Source: Terriglobia bacterium
GTDB lineage: Bacteria; Acidobacteriota; Polarisedimenticolia; Polarisedimenticolales; JAIQFR01
NCBI GenBank assembly: GCA_963790465.1
Contig: CAWBOP010000013.1
Coordinates: forward strand, 128,092-192,091
DNA length: 64,000 nt
Direction of reading: 5' to 3'
In this document: positions 1 through 8,988 of the stretch, piece after piece
Numbering within the stretch: position 1 is the stretch's first letter
Layout: each line of letters begins with the position of its first letter
The notes under the pieces: generated by a model
Told to the model about the DNA's origin: nothing
The model's input: only the letters and a program-made list of their open reading frames with translations
Databases searched by the model: none
Translations under genes and position numbers: made by a program

Positions 1-510
1 ACTCGGGAGGGAGCGTCTCGCCGGCCGCGAGGACCTCCGCCTCGAACGTCTTCCGGTCGAAGCGGACCGGGTCCTGGAATCGGTCGGGGTCGAGGAGCGC
101 GGCTTTCACGAACAGGGCGTCCGCGTCGTCGAACTTGCCTTCGCGCTCGAGGAGCAGGGCGTGGACGTACAGGGCGTCGGGGCTCTTCGGGTCGGCGGCG
201 AGCGCTTTCGCCGCGTGGTCGGCGGCCTCGGGGAAGAGAACGCACCGGAAGAGGGCGAGGGCCAGGGTCGCGAGGGCCTCGGCGTCCTCGGGGTCCATCG
301 CGACCGCCATCCGGAGTTGCTCCACCGCATCCACGGGCTGGTCCATCTCGAGCAGCGTGAATCCCGCGAGGAAGCGGATCACCGGATCGTCCTCCCCCTC
401 GGGAAGAGCCTCGATCGCGTCGCCGAGGAGCTCGAGAGCGGTCTCGAGGTCCCCCTCGTCGAGAGCGTCGTAGATCCGGTCGAGGGTCGGGTCGTCGTCG
501 CGTTCGGGCA
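1..510 (-). CDS. TPR-repeat protein, N-terminal part (gene continues beyond window start)
   Basis: Not in the ORF track because it is open at the window edge. Reverse translation from ATG (510-508) reads MPERDDDPTLDRIYDALDEGDLETALELLGDAIEALPEGEDDPVIRFLAGFTLLEMDQPVDAVEQLRMAVAMDPEDAEALATLALALF... Contains A/L-rich TPR-like helical repeats. GGGAGGAG Shine-Dalgarno lies 6 nt upstream. Confidence 0.6.
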
Positions 511-688
511 TGGGGTGCTCCTCCCGGCCGGCGAAAGGGGGCGCGGAGAAGTCCGCATTGTCGCATCCGCCGCCCGGCCGGACAAGCGGCTTGAGCACCG
601 AGCGGCGAGCGTGCTATGTTAGACGCAGGTCGGAAGCGGCGCTTCCGGCCTTTTTTATCTTCCGCCCGCCGACCGGGGGGAGCGCACC

Positions 689-2500
689 ATGAGCATCGCG
701 ACGAGAGACGACATCCGGAACCTGGCGATCATCGCCCACGTGGACCACGGCAAGACCACGCTCGTGGACTCCATGCTGTGGCAGAGCGGGATCTTCCGCG
801 AGAAGGAGTACGTGGTCGAGCGAGTCATGGACTCCATCGACCTCGAGCGGGAGAAGGGGATCACGATCATGGCGAAGAACACCTCGGTCCAGTACCGCGG
901 GACGAGGATCAATATCGTGGACACCCCGGGCCACGCGGACTTCGGCGGGGAGGTGGAACGGACCGTCAAGATGGTGGACGGCGTGCTCCTGCTCGTGGAC
1001 GCGAGCGAGGGACCGCTTCCGCAGACGCGGTTCGTACTCCGGAAGGCGCTCGAGGCGGGACTCAAGCCGATCGTGGTGATCAACAAGATCGACCGGTCGG
1101 ACGCGCGGCCGAAGGAGGTCCTGAACGAGGTGTACGACCTGTTCATCGACCTCGACGCGCGCGAGGACCAGCTCGGCTTCCCGGTGCTCTACTGCAACGC
1201 GAGGAAGGGGCTGTGTCGCAGGACCGTGGACGGGCCGGACGAGCCGCTCGCGCCGCTGTTCGACGAGATTCTCCGCTCGATCCCGGCCCCCGTGTACGAC
1301 ACCGAAGGGCCGCTGCAATTCCTGATCACGAACCTGGACTACGACGACTACCTCGGGCGGCTCGCGGTGGGACGGATGTTCTCGGGAACGGTTCGCAAGG
1401 GGCAGGAGGTGGCTCACTGCCGCCTGGACGGGAGCGTCGTGCCCGCGAAGGTATCGGGGCTCTACGGCTTCGAGGGGCTCCGCCGCGTCGAGCTCCCCTC
1501 GGTCGGTCCGGGGGACATCCTGGCGCTCACCGGGATCGAGTCGATCAATATCGGCGAGACGGTGTCGGACCTCGAGCGGCCGTCCCCTCTACCCCCCATC
1601 CAGGTGGACGAGCCGACCATTTCCATCGAGATCCGCGTGAACGACTCGCCGCTCGCCGGGCTCGAAGGGCAGTTCGTCACGTCGCGCAAGCTAAGGGAGC
1701 GGCTGTTCAAGGAGATTCTTTCGAACGTCTCGATCCGGGTGGAGGAGACCGACGGGCCAGAGGCGTTCAAGGTGTCGGGGCGGGGGGAGCTGCAGCTCGC
1801 CATCCTGATCGAGATGATGCGCCGCGAGGGGTACGAGCTGGGCGCCGGCCGCCCCGAGATCCTCACGAAGGAGATCGACGGCGAGCGCCACGAGCCGATG
1901 GAGAGCCTCATCGTGGATTGTCCCGAGTCGTTCGTCGGCGCCGTGACCCAGAAGGCGGGAATCCGCAAGGGGCGAATGACGAAGATGGTGAACCACGGGA
2001 CCGGACGCGTGCGGATGGAGTTCCGGATCCCTTCCCGGGGTCTCATCGGCTTCAGGACCGAGTTTCTCTCGGACACCCGCGGGACCGGTATCATGAACCA
2101 CCTGTTCGACGGGTACGCGCCGTGGCAGGGGGAGATCCCGCGGCGGACCACCGGCGCGCTCGTCGCCGACCGTTCCGGCCGGTGCAATGCGTACGCGGTC
2201 GAGCACCTGCAGGACCGCGGGACGATGTTCGTCGCCCCCGGGGACCAGGTGTACGAAGGGATGGTCGTCGGGGAGAACTCGCGCTCCGCGGACCTCGACG
2301 TCAACATCACCAAAGAGAAGAAGCTGACCAACATGAGGGCCTCCACCTCGGAGATCACCGTGCGGCTGATCCCCCCCCGCCTGCTGAGTCTCGAGCAGGC
2401 GCTCGAGTTCATCCGGGACGACGAGCTGGTGGAGGTGACGCCGAAGGCGTTCCGCCTCCGAAAGCGGGCGCTGTCGGCGCTGGCGAGGAGACGGGCGTAG
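689..2500 (+). CDS. typA: Translational GTPase TypA/BipA
   Basis: 603-aa ORF. GTPase motifs [21 protein letters not shown] and NKID. Full-length collinear with TypA/BipA-type elongation-factor-like GTPases. Confidence 0.95.
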   Translation: MSIATRDDIRNLAIIAHVDHGKTTLVDSMLWQSGIFREKEYVVERVMDSIDLEREKGITIMAKNTSVQYRGTRINIVDTPGHADFGGEVERTVKMVDGVLLLVDASEGPLPQTRFVLRKALEAGLKPIVVINKIDRSDARPKEVLNEVYDLFIDLDAREDQLGFPVLYCNARKGLCRRTVDGPDEPLAPLFDEILRSIPAPVYDTEGPLQFLITNLDYDDYLGRLAVGRMFSGTVRKGQEVAHCRLDGSVVPAKVSGLYGFEGLRRVELPSVGPGDILALTGIESINIGETVSDLERPSPLPPIQVDEPTISIEIRVNDSPLAGLEGQFVTSRKLRERLFKEILSNVSIRVEETDGPEAFKVSGRGELQLAILIEMMRREGYELGAGRPEILTKEIDGERHEPMESLIVDCPESFVGAVTQKAGIRKGRMTKMVNHGTGRVRMEFRIPSRGLIGFRTEFLSDTRGTGIMNHLFDGYAPWQGEIPRRTTGALVADRSGRCNAYAVEHLQDRGTMFVAPGDQVYEGMVVGENSRSADLDVNITKEKKLTNMRASTSEITVRLIPPRLLSLEQALEFIRDDELVEVTPKAFRLRKRALSALARRRA

Positions 2501-2527
2501 CTCGCGGGGACGCGGAGATACGCGGGA

Positions 2528-2720
2528 AATTGATTACAACGCGGGCGAACGCCCGCGTCAACATCCCGATCGAACGGCAGCGGACTGCCGTCCGATCGGG
2601 ATGTTTCTTGTTCGGAGTCCGGAGTCCGGGGTCTGCAATAAGAAACTTCACGAACGCGCGGCAGTCCGCTGCCGCGCGTTCGTGAAGTTAACGCGGGCGT
2701 TCGCCCGCGTTGTAATTAAT
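2528..2720. repeat. Nested palindromic intergenic element (outer ~30-bp inverted repeats enclosing three hairpins)
   Basis: Outer arms are attacaacgcgggcgaacgcccgcgtcaac (2534-2562) and gttaacgcgggcgttcgcccgcgttgtaat (2687-2716), reverse complements of each other. Inner hairpins at 2562-2603 and 2646-2687 share the core ggcagcggactgcc / ggcagtccgctgcc. The central gtttctt...aagaaac arm pair (2603-2646) encloses a (CGGRGTC)x3 7-nt tandem repeat at 2613-2633. Confidence 0.8.
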
Positions 2721-2937
2721 GGCAGCGCCGACGTCGTTGACCGTTCGACTAGATTGATCTGTCGTCTTCGGAGGCCTGGACATCGCCTCCCGCTCGACTA
2801 GATTGAAGTGTAGTCTTTTCACCCCCGATGTAACGCCAACCGAACTCGTGTCGGGGCCCTGCTCCTCCCCGGTTTGCCCCGAACGAGCTTTTGTCGGATC
2901 ATACCCCCGCCTCGACGGAGTGCTCCCGGAGAACCGC

Positions 2938-3606
2938 ATGCTGGACGATCTCGAACTGGCCTGTTTCGCCGTCGGCCCGTTCGTGCAGAACGTGTACGTG
3001 CTGGTCGGCCCATCGGGGAAGCGAGCGGTGCTGTTCGATCCCGGGTTCGGGATCGAGGAAGTGCTGGCGTTCCTCGATCGGCGAGGGCTCGCGCTCGACC
3101 TGGTCGTGAACACGCACGGTCACCTCGATCACGTGGCCGGGAACCGCCTCGTGAAGGAGCGCACCGGCGCGCGTCTCGCGATCCACCCGGCGGACATCCC
3201 TTACCTCCGGAATCTCGCGGCCCAGGCGGCCGCATTCGGGTTCGACGTGCCTTCCTCGCCCGAGCCGGACATCGCTCTCGCGGACGGGGTGCCGCTCGTT
3301 TTCGACGGGGTCGAGATCGACGTGATCCACACGCCGGGGCACACCCCAGGGGGGACCTGCCTCGCGTTCGGGGGTCGCATGATCGTCGGCGACACGCTCT
3401 TCGAGGGAGCGGTCGGAAGGACCGACCTTCCGGGTGGGGATTGGGACGTTCTGGTGGCGTCGATCCGGGAGAAACTGTTCCGGCTGCCGTCGGAGATCGT
3501 CTGCTACCCGGGCCACGGCCCGGACACAACGCTCGGGCGCGAGCGCCTCACGAACCCGTTCGTCTCCGACGCGGCCGTGGGGGGGCGTGAGAAGGAGCGT
3601 TCATGA
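2938..3606 (+). CDS. MBL-fold metallo-hydrolase (glyoxalase II-like)
   Basis: HGHLDHVAGN (HxHxDH) and HTPGHTPGG motifs. I prefer the internal ATG at 2938 (MLDDLELACF...) over the ORF-track start 2803, because the upstream 45 codons overlap repeat/promoter-like sequence. Stop overlaps the rny start (ATGA). Confidence 0.85.
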   Translation: MLDDLELACFAVGPFVQNVYVLVGPSGKRAVLFDPGFGIEEVLAFLDRRGLALDLVVNTHGHLDHVAGNRLVKERTGARLAIHPADIPYLRNLAAQAAAFGFDVPSSPEPDIALADGVPLVFDGVEIDVIHTPGHTPGGTCLAFGGRMIVGDTLFEGAVGRTDLPGGDWDVLVASIREKLFRLPSEIVCYPGHGPDTTLGRERLTNPFVSDAAVGGREKERS

Positions 3607-5171
3607 TCGGCCCGTGGGTTCTGCTGATCTCGATCCTCGCGGCGCTCGCCGGGGGAGGGGTGGTCGGGTGGTTGCTCAACAACCGACTCGGGAGGAGTAG
3701 CCTCGAGGCGGTCCGGCGCCGGTCCGAGGAGGTCCTCCACAACGCTCGCCGGGAGGCGGAGAAGGCGAAGAGGACCGCGCTCGTGGAGGCGCGGGAAGAG
3801 ATTCTCCAGCAGCGGGACAAGGCGGACAACGATCTTCGCTCGAGGAAGGGACAGGTCCAGAAACGCGAGCGCGATCTGAAGACCCAGCGGCAGGCGGTGC
3901 AGGACCTCGATGCGGATCTCGCCCGGCAGCGCGAGGCGCTCCAGGAGCGGGAAGGGGGGCTCGCCGCCAGGGACGCCGAACTCCTGGTCGCCCGGGAAGA
4001 GACGGAGAAGCTGCTCCACCAGGGGTTCCTGGAGCTCGAGCGGATCTCCGGGATGACCCGCGAGGAGGCGAAGCGGCAGATCCTCGCCAATCTCAAGGTG
4101 GAGGCGCGCTACGAGGCGGCGGCGCTCATCAAGGAGATCAAGGACGAGGCGCAGCGGACCGCCGACGCGGACGCCGTGAAGATCATCTCCCTCGCCGTCG
4201 AACGCGCGGCCTCGGATTTCTCGGTGGCGCGCACGGTCACGCAGTTCCCCCTGCCGGAGGGGAGCCAGGTCAAGGGACGGATCATCGGCCACGAGGGGAA
4301 GAACATCCGGGCGTTCGAGGCCGCCACGGGCATCCAGCTCCTCATCGACGAGGAGGCGAGCACCGTGACGCTGTCCGGGTTCAACCCGGTGCGCCGCGAG
4401 GTGGCTCGCCGCGTGCTCGAAGCCCTGATCAAGGACGGAAACATCCACCCGCGCCGGATCGAGGATCTGGAGCGACGCAACCGGAAGAAGCTCGACGACG
4501 AGATGCGGCGGACGGGGGAGCAGGTTCTCAAGGAGCTGGGGATCCGCGAGGTCCACCAGGAAATGGTCAAGCTGCTCGGGCGGCTCCTGTACCGGACCTC
4601 CTACGGGCAGAACGTGTTGATGCACTCGAAGGAGGTCTCGATCCTCACCGGGATGATGGCGACGGAGCTTCGCCTCGACGAGAAGCTCGCCCGCCGCGCC
4701 GGGTTGTTCCACGACATCGGCAAGGCGGTGGACTACGAGCGCGAGGGGACGCACCCCGAGATCGGCGCCGAGGTGGCGAAGAAGTACGGCGAGCCCGACG
4801 TGGTGGTCAACGCCATCGCGTCCCACCACGAGGACTGCGAGGTCATCTCGCCGATCTCCGTCCTGGTGTCGGCCGCGGACTCGCTCTCGGGGGCGCGCCC
4901 CGGCGCCCGCCGGAAGAGCGTCGCCGAGTACATCAAGCGGATCGAGCAGCTCGAGGGGCTCGCCAACTCGATGAAGGGGGTGGAGCAGTCGTACGCGATC
5001 CAGGCGGGGCGCGAGATCCGCGTGATCGCCCGCTCCGAGGAACTGGACGACGCGAAGGTCGATCTTCTCGCCTCGGAGCTGGCGTCGCGCATCGAGTCCG
5101 AGATGGACTATCCCGGCAAGATCAAGGTGACCGTGATCCGGGAGGTGCGCGCCATCGAGTACGCCCGCTGA
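3603..5171 (+). CDS. rny: Ribonuclease Y
   Basis: 522 aa. N-terminal TM helix, long coiled-coil, KH domain (GRIIGHEGKNIRAFEAATG) and HD domain (HSKEV...LFHDIGK). Confidence 0.95.
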   Translation: MIGPWVLLISILAALAGGGVVGWLLNNRLGRSSLEAVRRRSEEVLHNARREAEKAKRTALVEAREEILQQRDKADNDLRSRKGQVQKRERDLKTQRQAVQDLDADLARQREALQEREGGLAARDAELLVAREETEKLLHQGFLELERISGMTREEAKRQILANLKVEARYEAAALIKEIKDEAQRTADADAVKIISLAVERAASDFSVARTVTQFPLPEGSQVKGRIIGHEGKNIRAFEAATGIQLLIDEEASTVTLSGFNPVRREVARRVLEALIKDGNIHPRRIEDLERRNRKKLDDEMRRTGEQVLKELGIREVHQEMVKLLGRLLYRTSYGQNVLMHSKEVSILTGMMATELRLDEKLARRAGLFHDIGKAVDYEREGTHPEIGAEVAKKYGEPDVVVNAIASHHEDCEVISPISVLVSAADSLSGARPGARRKSVAEYIKRIEQLEGLANSMKGVEQSYAIQAGREIRVIARSEELDDAKVDLLASELASRIESEMDYPGKIKVTVIREVRAIEYAR

Positions 5172-5172
5172 C

Positions 5173-6060
5173 ATGGCGGAGCCCGCGGTCCGGGAGAGAG
5201 CGCGCTGGACCCGCGAGGAGGCTTACGCGTACTGCGCCGCGGTCGCCCGGGGCCACTACGAGAACTTTCCCGTCGCCTCCCTCGTCGTGCCGCGCCGGCT
5301 CCGCCCGCACGTGGGGGCGATCTACGCGTTCTCCCGCGCTGCCGACGACTTCGCCGACGAGGCGGTTCATGACGGGCGGCGTCTCGAGAAGCTCGCTCTG
5401 TGGGAGGAGCGGTTCGACCGGTGCCTCGAGGGGAGGGCGGACCACCCGGTCTTCGTGGCGCTCGGCGACACCCTCTCGCGTTTCGGCTTGCCGGCGGCTC
5501 CGTTCCGCGACCTCCTGGACGCGTTCCGCCAGGACTGCCGCGTCCGGCGGTACGAGCGATGGGAAGATCTCCTCGACTACTGCCGCCGCTCGGCGAACCC
5601 GATCGGCCGCCTCGTGCTCCGGCTATTCGGCCACGCCGACGAGGAGCGCGACCGACACGCCGACGCCGTTTGCACCGGACTGCAGCTGACCAACTTCTGG
5701 CAGGACGTCGCGGTCGATTTCCGGAAGGACCGGATCTACCTCCCGGCGGAGGACAGGAAGCGATTCGGCGTGACCGAGGACGACCTCCGGGCCGGCAGGC
5801 TCCACGAGGGGTTCCGCGCGCTTCTTCTCGAGATGGTCGGCAGGACCCGGCGCGTCTTCGAGGAAGGGCGTCCGCTCCTGTCCGAGGTCCGCGGGCGGCT
5901 GGCGCTCGAGATCCGGTTGACCTGGCTCGGCGGCCACAAGATTCTCGACGGGATCGAGGCGGCCGGCTGCGATGTGTTTCGGGCCCGCCCCGAGTTGACC
6001 CGCGCCGACAAGGCGGTGATCGGCGCGAGGGCGCTGCTGGGGCGATGGGGGGTGCGGTGA
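5173..6060 (+). CDS. hpnC: Hydroxysqualene synthase HpnC (squalene/phytoene synthase family)
   Basis: 295 aa. YENFPVASLVVP and YAFSRAADDFADE motifs are typical of HpnC. Followed by hpnD and hpnE. Confidence 0.85.
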   Translation: MAEPAVRERARWTREEAYAYCAAVARGHYENFPVASLVVPRRLRPHVGAIYAFSRAADDFADEAVHDGRRLEKLALWEERFDRCLEGRADHPVFVALGDTLSRFGLPAAPFRDLLDAFRQDCRVRRYERWEDLLDYCRRSANPIGRLVLRLFGHADEERDRHADAVCTGLQLTNFWQDVAVDFRKDRIYLPAEDRKRFGVTEDDLRAGRLHEGFRALLLEMVGRTRRVFEEGRPLLSEVRGRLALEIRLTWLGGHKILDGIEAAGCDVFRARPELTRADKAVIGARALLGRWGVR

Positions 6061-6893
6061 GCGAATCGGTCCCCGCCACGAGCCACTTCCGCGTCGCGTT
6101 CCGCGTGCTGCCGCCGGCGAGGCGGGAGGGGATCGCCGCGGTGTATGCCTTTTGCCGCCGCGCCGACGACGCCGTGGACGAGGCGGCCGGCCCCGATGAC
6201 GCGCGCGCGCGCCTTGCCAAAGTTCGACGGCAGCTCGACGACGCGTTCGCCCTCCGGGCGGACGACCCCTCGGTCGCGCCGCTCGTCCGCACGATCGCGG
6301 CGTTCTCTCTTCCACGCAAGCCGTTCGACGACCTCCTCGAGGGGGTGACCTGGGACCTCGAAGGGCGGCGATATGCCGACGCGGGAGAGCTCACCGAGTA
6401 TTGCAGGCGCGTGGCATCCACGGTCGGCCTGCTGTGTGTCCGCGTGTTCGGCTGCGAGGGGGCCGGCGCGGACGCTTACGCCGTGGAGCTCGGCGTCGCG
6501 CTCCAGTGGACGAACATCCTCCGCGACGTCGGCGAGGACCTGGCGCGAGGGAGGGTGTATCTCCCCGCCGACGCCCTCGGGCGACACGGACTTTCCGAGG
6601 AGGGGCTGGGTCGCCGGGACGCGGCGGCCCGGCGGGGGATGGATGCGCTCGTGAGGGAGCAGGCGGCGTACGCGAGGAAGCGGTTCGAGGGGGCGGATGC
6701 GCTTCTCCCGGACGCGGACCGGCGGCGCCTGCTCGCCGCGAGAATCATGACCGCCGTGTACCGCGCGCTGCTTGCCAAGGTCGAGCGCGCCGGTTCCGGC
6801 GTTCTCGACCATTCGCCTCGGGTGCCGGCGGTCCGGCGCGGGGTGCTCGCTCTCGGGCTCCTGCTGGGCGACCGGCTGGGACGGCGCGCGTGA
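6045..6893 (+). CDS. hpnD: Presqualene diphosphate synthase HpnD
   Basis: Internal ATG at 6045 in the 5400..6893 frame (MGGAVSESVPATSHFRVAFRVLPPARREGIAAVYAFCRRADDAVDE). Squalene/phytoene synthase family. Overlaps the hpnC end by 16 nt. Confidence 0.85.
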   Translation: MGGAVSESVPATSHFRVAFRVLPPARREGIAAVYAFCRRADDAVDEAAGPDDARARLAKVRRQLDDAFALRADDPSVAPLVRTIAAFSLPRKPFDDLLEGVTWDLEGRRYADAGELTEYCRRVASTVGLLCVRVFGCEGAGADAYAVELGVALQWTNILRDVGEDLARGRVYLPADALGRHGLSEEGLGRRDAAARRGMDALVREQAAYARKRFEGADALLPDADRRRLLAARIMTAVYRALLAKVERAGSGVLDHSPRVPAVRRGVLALGLLLGDRLGRRA

Positions 6894-8269
6894 GCCGGGA
6901 CGTCGTCGTCGTGGGGGGAGGGTGCGCGGGGCTCTCCGCGGCGACCGCTCTCGCCGCACAGGGGGCGAGGGTCCGGCTGCTCGAGGCGAGGCGCACGCTC
7001 GGCGGGCGCTCGCGCTCTTTCGTGGACCGGGCGACCGGCGACGTCGAGGACAACGGCCAGCACCTCTTTATGGGGTGCTACTCGAGCTTTCTGACATTCG
7101 CGAGAAGGACCGGCGGCGCCGACACGATCGAGTTCGCGCCGCGGCTCGAGGTGGTGTCGATCCATCCGGGCGGCGCGGTCTCGAAGCTCGAGCCCGCCTC
7201 GCTCCCTCCTCCGCTCGACCTCATGGCGGGGCTCGCGAGGCTGCGAGGTTTCCCGGTAGGCGATCTCGCCGCGGCGGGTTCGCTGGTCCGCGACGTTCGC
7301 CTGGGCGCGCCGCGCGCACTGGGCCGGACGGTCGCCGAGTGGCTCGATCTCCTCGGCGCGTCGTCCGCGGGGCGAGCCGTTCTCTGGGATCCCCTGACCC
7401 TCGCCGCCCTCAACCTCGATCCCGGAGCGGCGCCTGCGACGCTGTTCGCGGAGGTGGTGAAACGATCGTTGCTCGGCGGTCCCGGGGCCGCCCGCCTCGG
7501 CTTCGCGGCGCGCGGCCTCGATGCGGCGATCGCGGGGCCTGCGGCGGCGTACCTTGGCGAGCGTGGCGGGGAGATCCTTTTCGGGAAAGTCGTCGAGCGA
7601 ATCGAGATGGCCGGCGGCCGGTTCGCGTCCGCCGTCTGCCGGGACGGAAGCCGCCACGAGGCTGGCGCCGCGGTACTCGCCGTGCCGCCGCGCGCCGCCG
7701 CGGCACTTCTTCCTCCAGGCGCTTCCGGCTTCGGTCCGGAGCGGGCGGAAGCGCTCGGAGCGTCGCCGATCGTCGAAGTCCACCTCTGGTTCGACCGCGC
7801 TGTCGCCGACCGCCCGATGGTGGGCCTGGTCGGCTCCCCCGTGCAGTGGGTGTTTCGCCGGGAGACAGCCGGTGGGTCCGCGGCAGGGTACGCGGCGCTG
7901 CTCAGGAGCGCCGCGGACGACTGGATCGAGGCGGACGGCGCCCAGATCGTGCGCTCGTCTCTCGAGGAACTGCGCCGCTTCGTTCCGGCGAGCCGAGGGG
8001 CGGCGTTCTTGCGGGCGCGCGTCATCAAGGAGCGCGAGGCGACCGCGCGCTTTACTCCCGCGAACCTCTCCCTGAGGCCGCCCGCCGAGACCGCGCTGCC
8101 GAACCTCGTCCTCGCCGGCGACTGGACCGATACCGGCCTTCCGGCCACGCTCGAAGGGGCCGCGGCCTCCGGCGAGCGCGCCGCCGCGATCCTCGCGGGA
8201 AATAGGGCCAGCCCCCTTTCCCTGCTAGAATCGCGCCGCTTCCCGATGACGAGCGAGGCTGCCCCGTGA
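6890..8269 (+). CDS. hpnE: Hydroxysqualene dehydroxylase HpnE (FAD amine-oxidase family)
   Basis: GTG 6890 overlaps the hpnD stop (GTGA). FAD dinucleotide fold VVVVGGGCAGLSAA at the N-terminus. Position after hpnC-hpnD. Confidence 0.8.
   Translation: MSRDVVVVGGGCAGLSAATALAAQGARVRLLEARRTLGGRSRSFVDRATGDVEDNGQHLFMGCYSSFLTFARRTGGADTIEFAPRLEVVSIHPGGAVSKLEPASLPPPLDLMAGLARLRGFPVGDLAAAGSLVRDVRLGAPRALGRTVAEWLDLLGASSAGRAVLWDPLTLAALNLDPGAAPATLFAEVVKRSLLGGPGAARLGFAARGLDAAIAGPAAAYLGERGGEILFGKVVERIEMAGGRFASAVCRDGSRHEAGAAVLAVPPRAAAALLPPGASGFGPERAEALGASPIVEVHLWFDRAVADRPMVGLVGSPVQWVFRRETAGGSAAGYAALLRSAADDWIEADGAQIVRSSLEELRRFVPASRGAAFLRARVIKEREATARFTPANLSLRPPAETALPNLVLAGDWTDTGLPATLEGAAASGERAAAILAGNRASPLSLLESRRFPMTSEAAP
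8223..8231 (+). promoter_or_regulatory. Extended -10-like box TGCTAGAAT
   Basis: TGnTAGAAT lies 35 nt upstream of the 8266 start. The identical 9-mer recurs upstream of guaB (16128-16136). No -35 box evaluated. Confidence 0.3.
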
Positions 8270-8988
8270 CCGACGCAACGACTTACCTCCTGGCCGGGAC
8301 CGCCGTCGCGACGGCCGTGTTCCACACGCTCATTCCGGACCACTGGCTCCCCTTCGTCCTCATCGGCCGGGCGAGGGGCTGGCGCGCGAGGACGACCGCC
8401 TCGGTCTCGGGGGTCTCGGCGCTGATTCACACCGGCCTTTCGGTCCTCCTTGGCCTGGTCGCGATCCGGCTCGGACACGGGGCGACAGCGGCGCTCGGGC
8501 AGACGCTCGAGCGGGCGAGCGGGTTTCTCCTGGTGGCGTTCGGGCTGATCTACGCGGCCTGGTCCTGGAAGAAGGGGGGGCACTTCCACCCTGGCGGGGC
8601 GATGTTGCACCGCGAGGAGGACGGGCCGGACTGCGACGGGCACGAGGGGGACTCGGACCCCGGCCACCTCCACTACCACGCCGACCGGCAGATCCTCGAG
8701 GGGGCCGCGGGGCGAGGGGCGTTTTACCTCGCGACGATCGTCGGCGTGAACCCGTGCGTGCTCGTCCTCCCGATCATGCTGGCGGCGGCCCAGCACGGAG
8801 TGGGCGCGGTCGCTCTCGTCTCGCTCGCTTACAGCGCCACCACGATCGCGCTCATGATGGGCCTGTCGGTCGCCGGTGTCGCGGGGATCCGGCGGTTCGA
8901 TCCGCCGGGGGCGGCCCGCTACATGGAAGCCGCGAGCGGCCTCCTGATCGCGGCGGTCGGCGTGGTGTTCTGGTTCCTCGATCGGTGA
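8266..8988 (+). CDS. His-rich-loop membrane protein, possible Ni/Co-type metal transporter
   Basis: 240 aa. GTG start overlaps the hpnE stop. Several hydrophobic segments, an HTLIPDHW motif and a central loop HFHPGG..HREEDGPDCDGHEGDSDPGHLHYHAD. Family assignment is tentative. Confidence 0.6.
   Translation: MTDATTYLLAGTAVATAVFHTLIPDHWLPFVLIGRARGWRARTTASVSGVSALIHTGLSVLLGLVAIRLGHGATAALGQTLERASGFLLVAFGLIYAAWSWKKGGHFHPGGAMLHREEDGPDCDGHEGDSDPGHLHYHADRQILEGAAGRGAFYLATIVGVNPCVLVLPIMLAAAQHGVGAVALVSLAYSATTIALMMGLSVAGVAGIRRFDPPGAARYMEAASGLLIAAVGVVFWFLDR

Noticed and set aside
2803-2937. N-terminal 45-codon extension of the MBL hydrolase, as given by the ORF track.
   Set aside because: The extension overlaps the duplicated TCGACTAGATTGA boxes and has no similarity to the family. 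The ATG at 2938 gives a protein of typical length.
3504-5174. Long antisense ORFs opposite well-supported genes. This one lies opposite rny. Others are 614..1417, 5108..6421, 7078..8796, 12123..13781, 16170..17594, 42510..43805 and 59650..61446.
   Set aside because: These are typical shadow ORFs of GC-rich DNA. Their composition is extremely Arg/Pro/Gly/Asp-rich, they have no motifs, and each fully overlaps a gene with clear family signatures on the other strand.
5400-6893. A 497-aa ORF as a single large squalene-synthase-like protein.
   Set aside because: Its first 215 codons overlap hpnC out of frame and are Arg/Pro/Gly-rich. The HpnD homology starts at ATG 6045.
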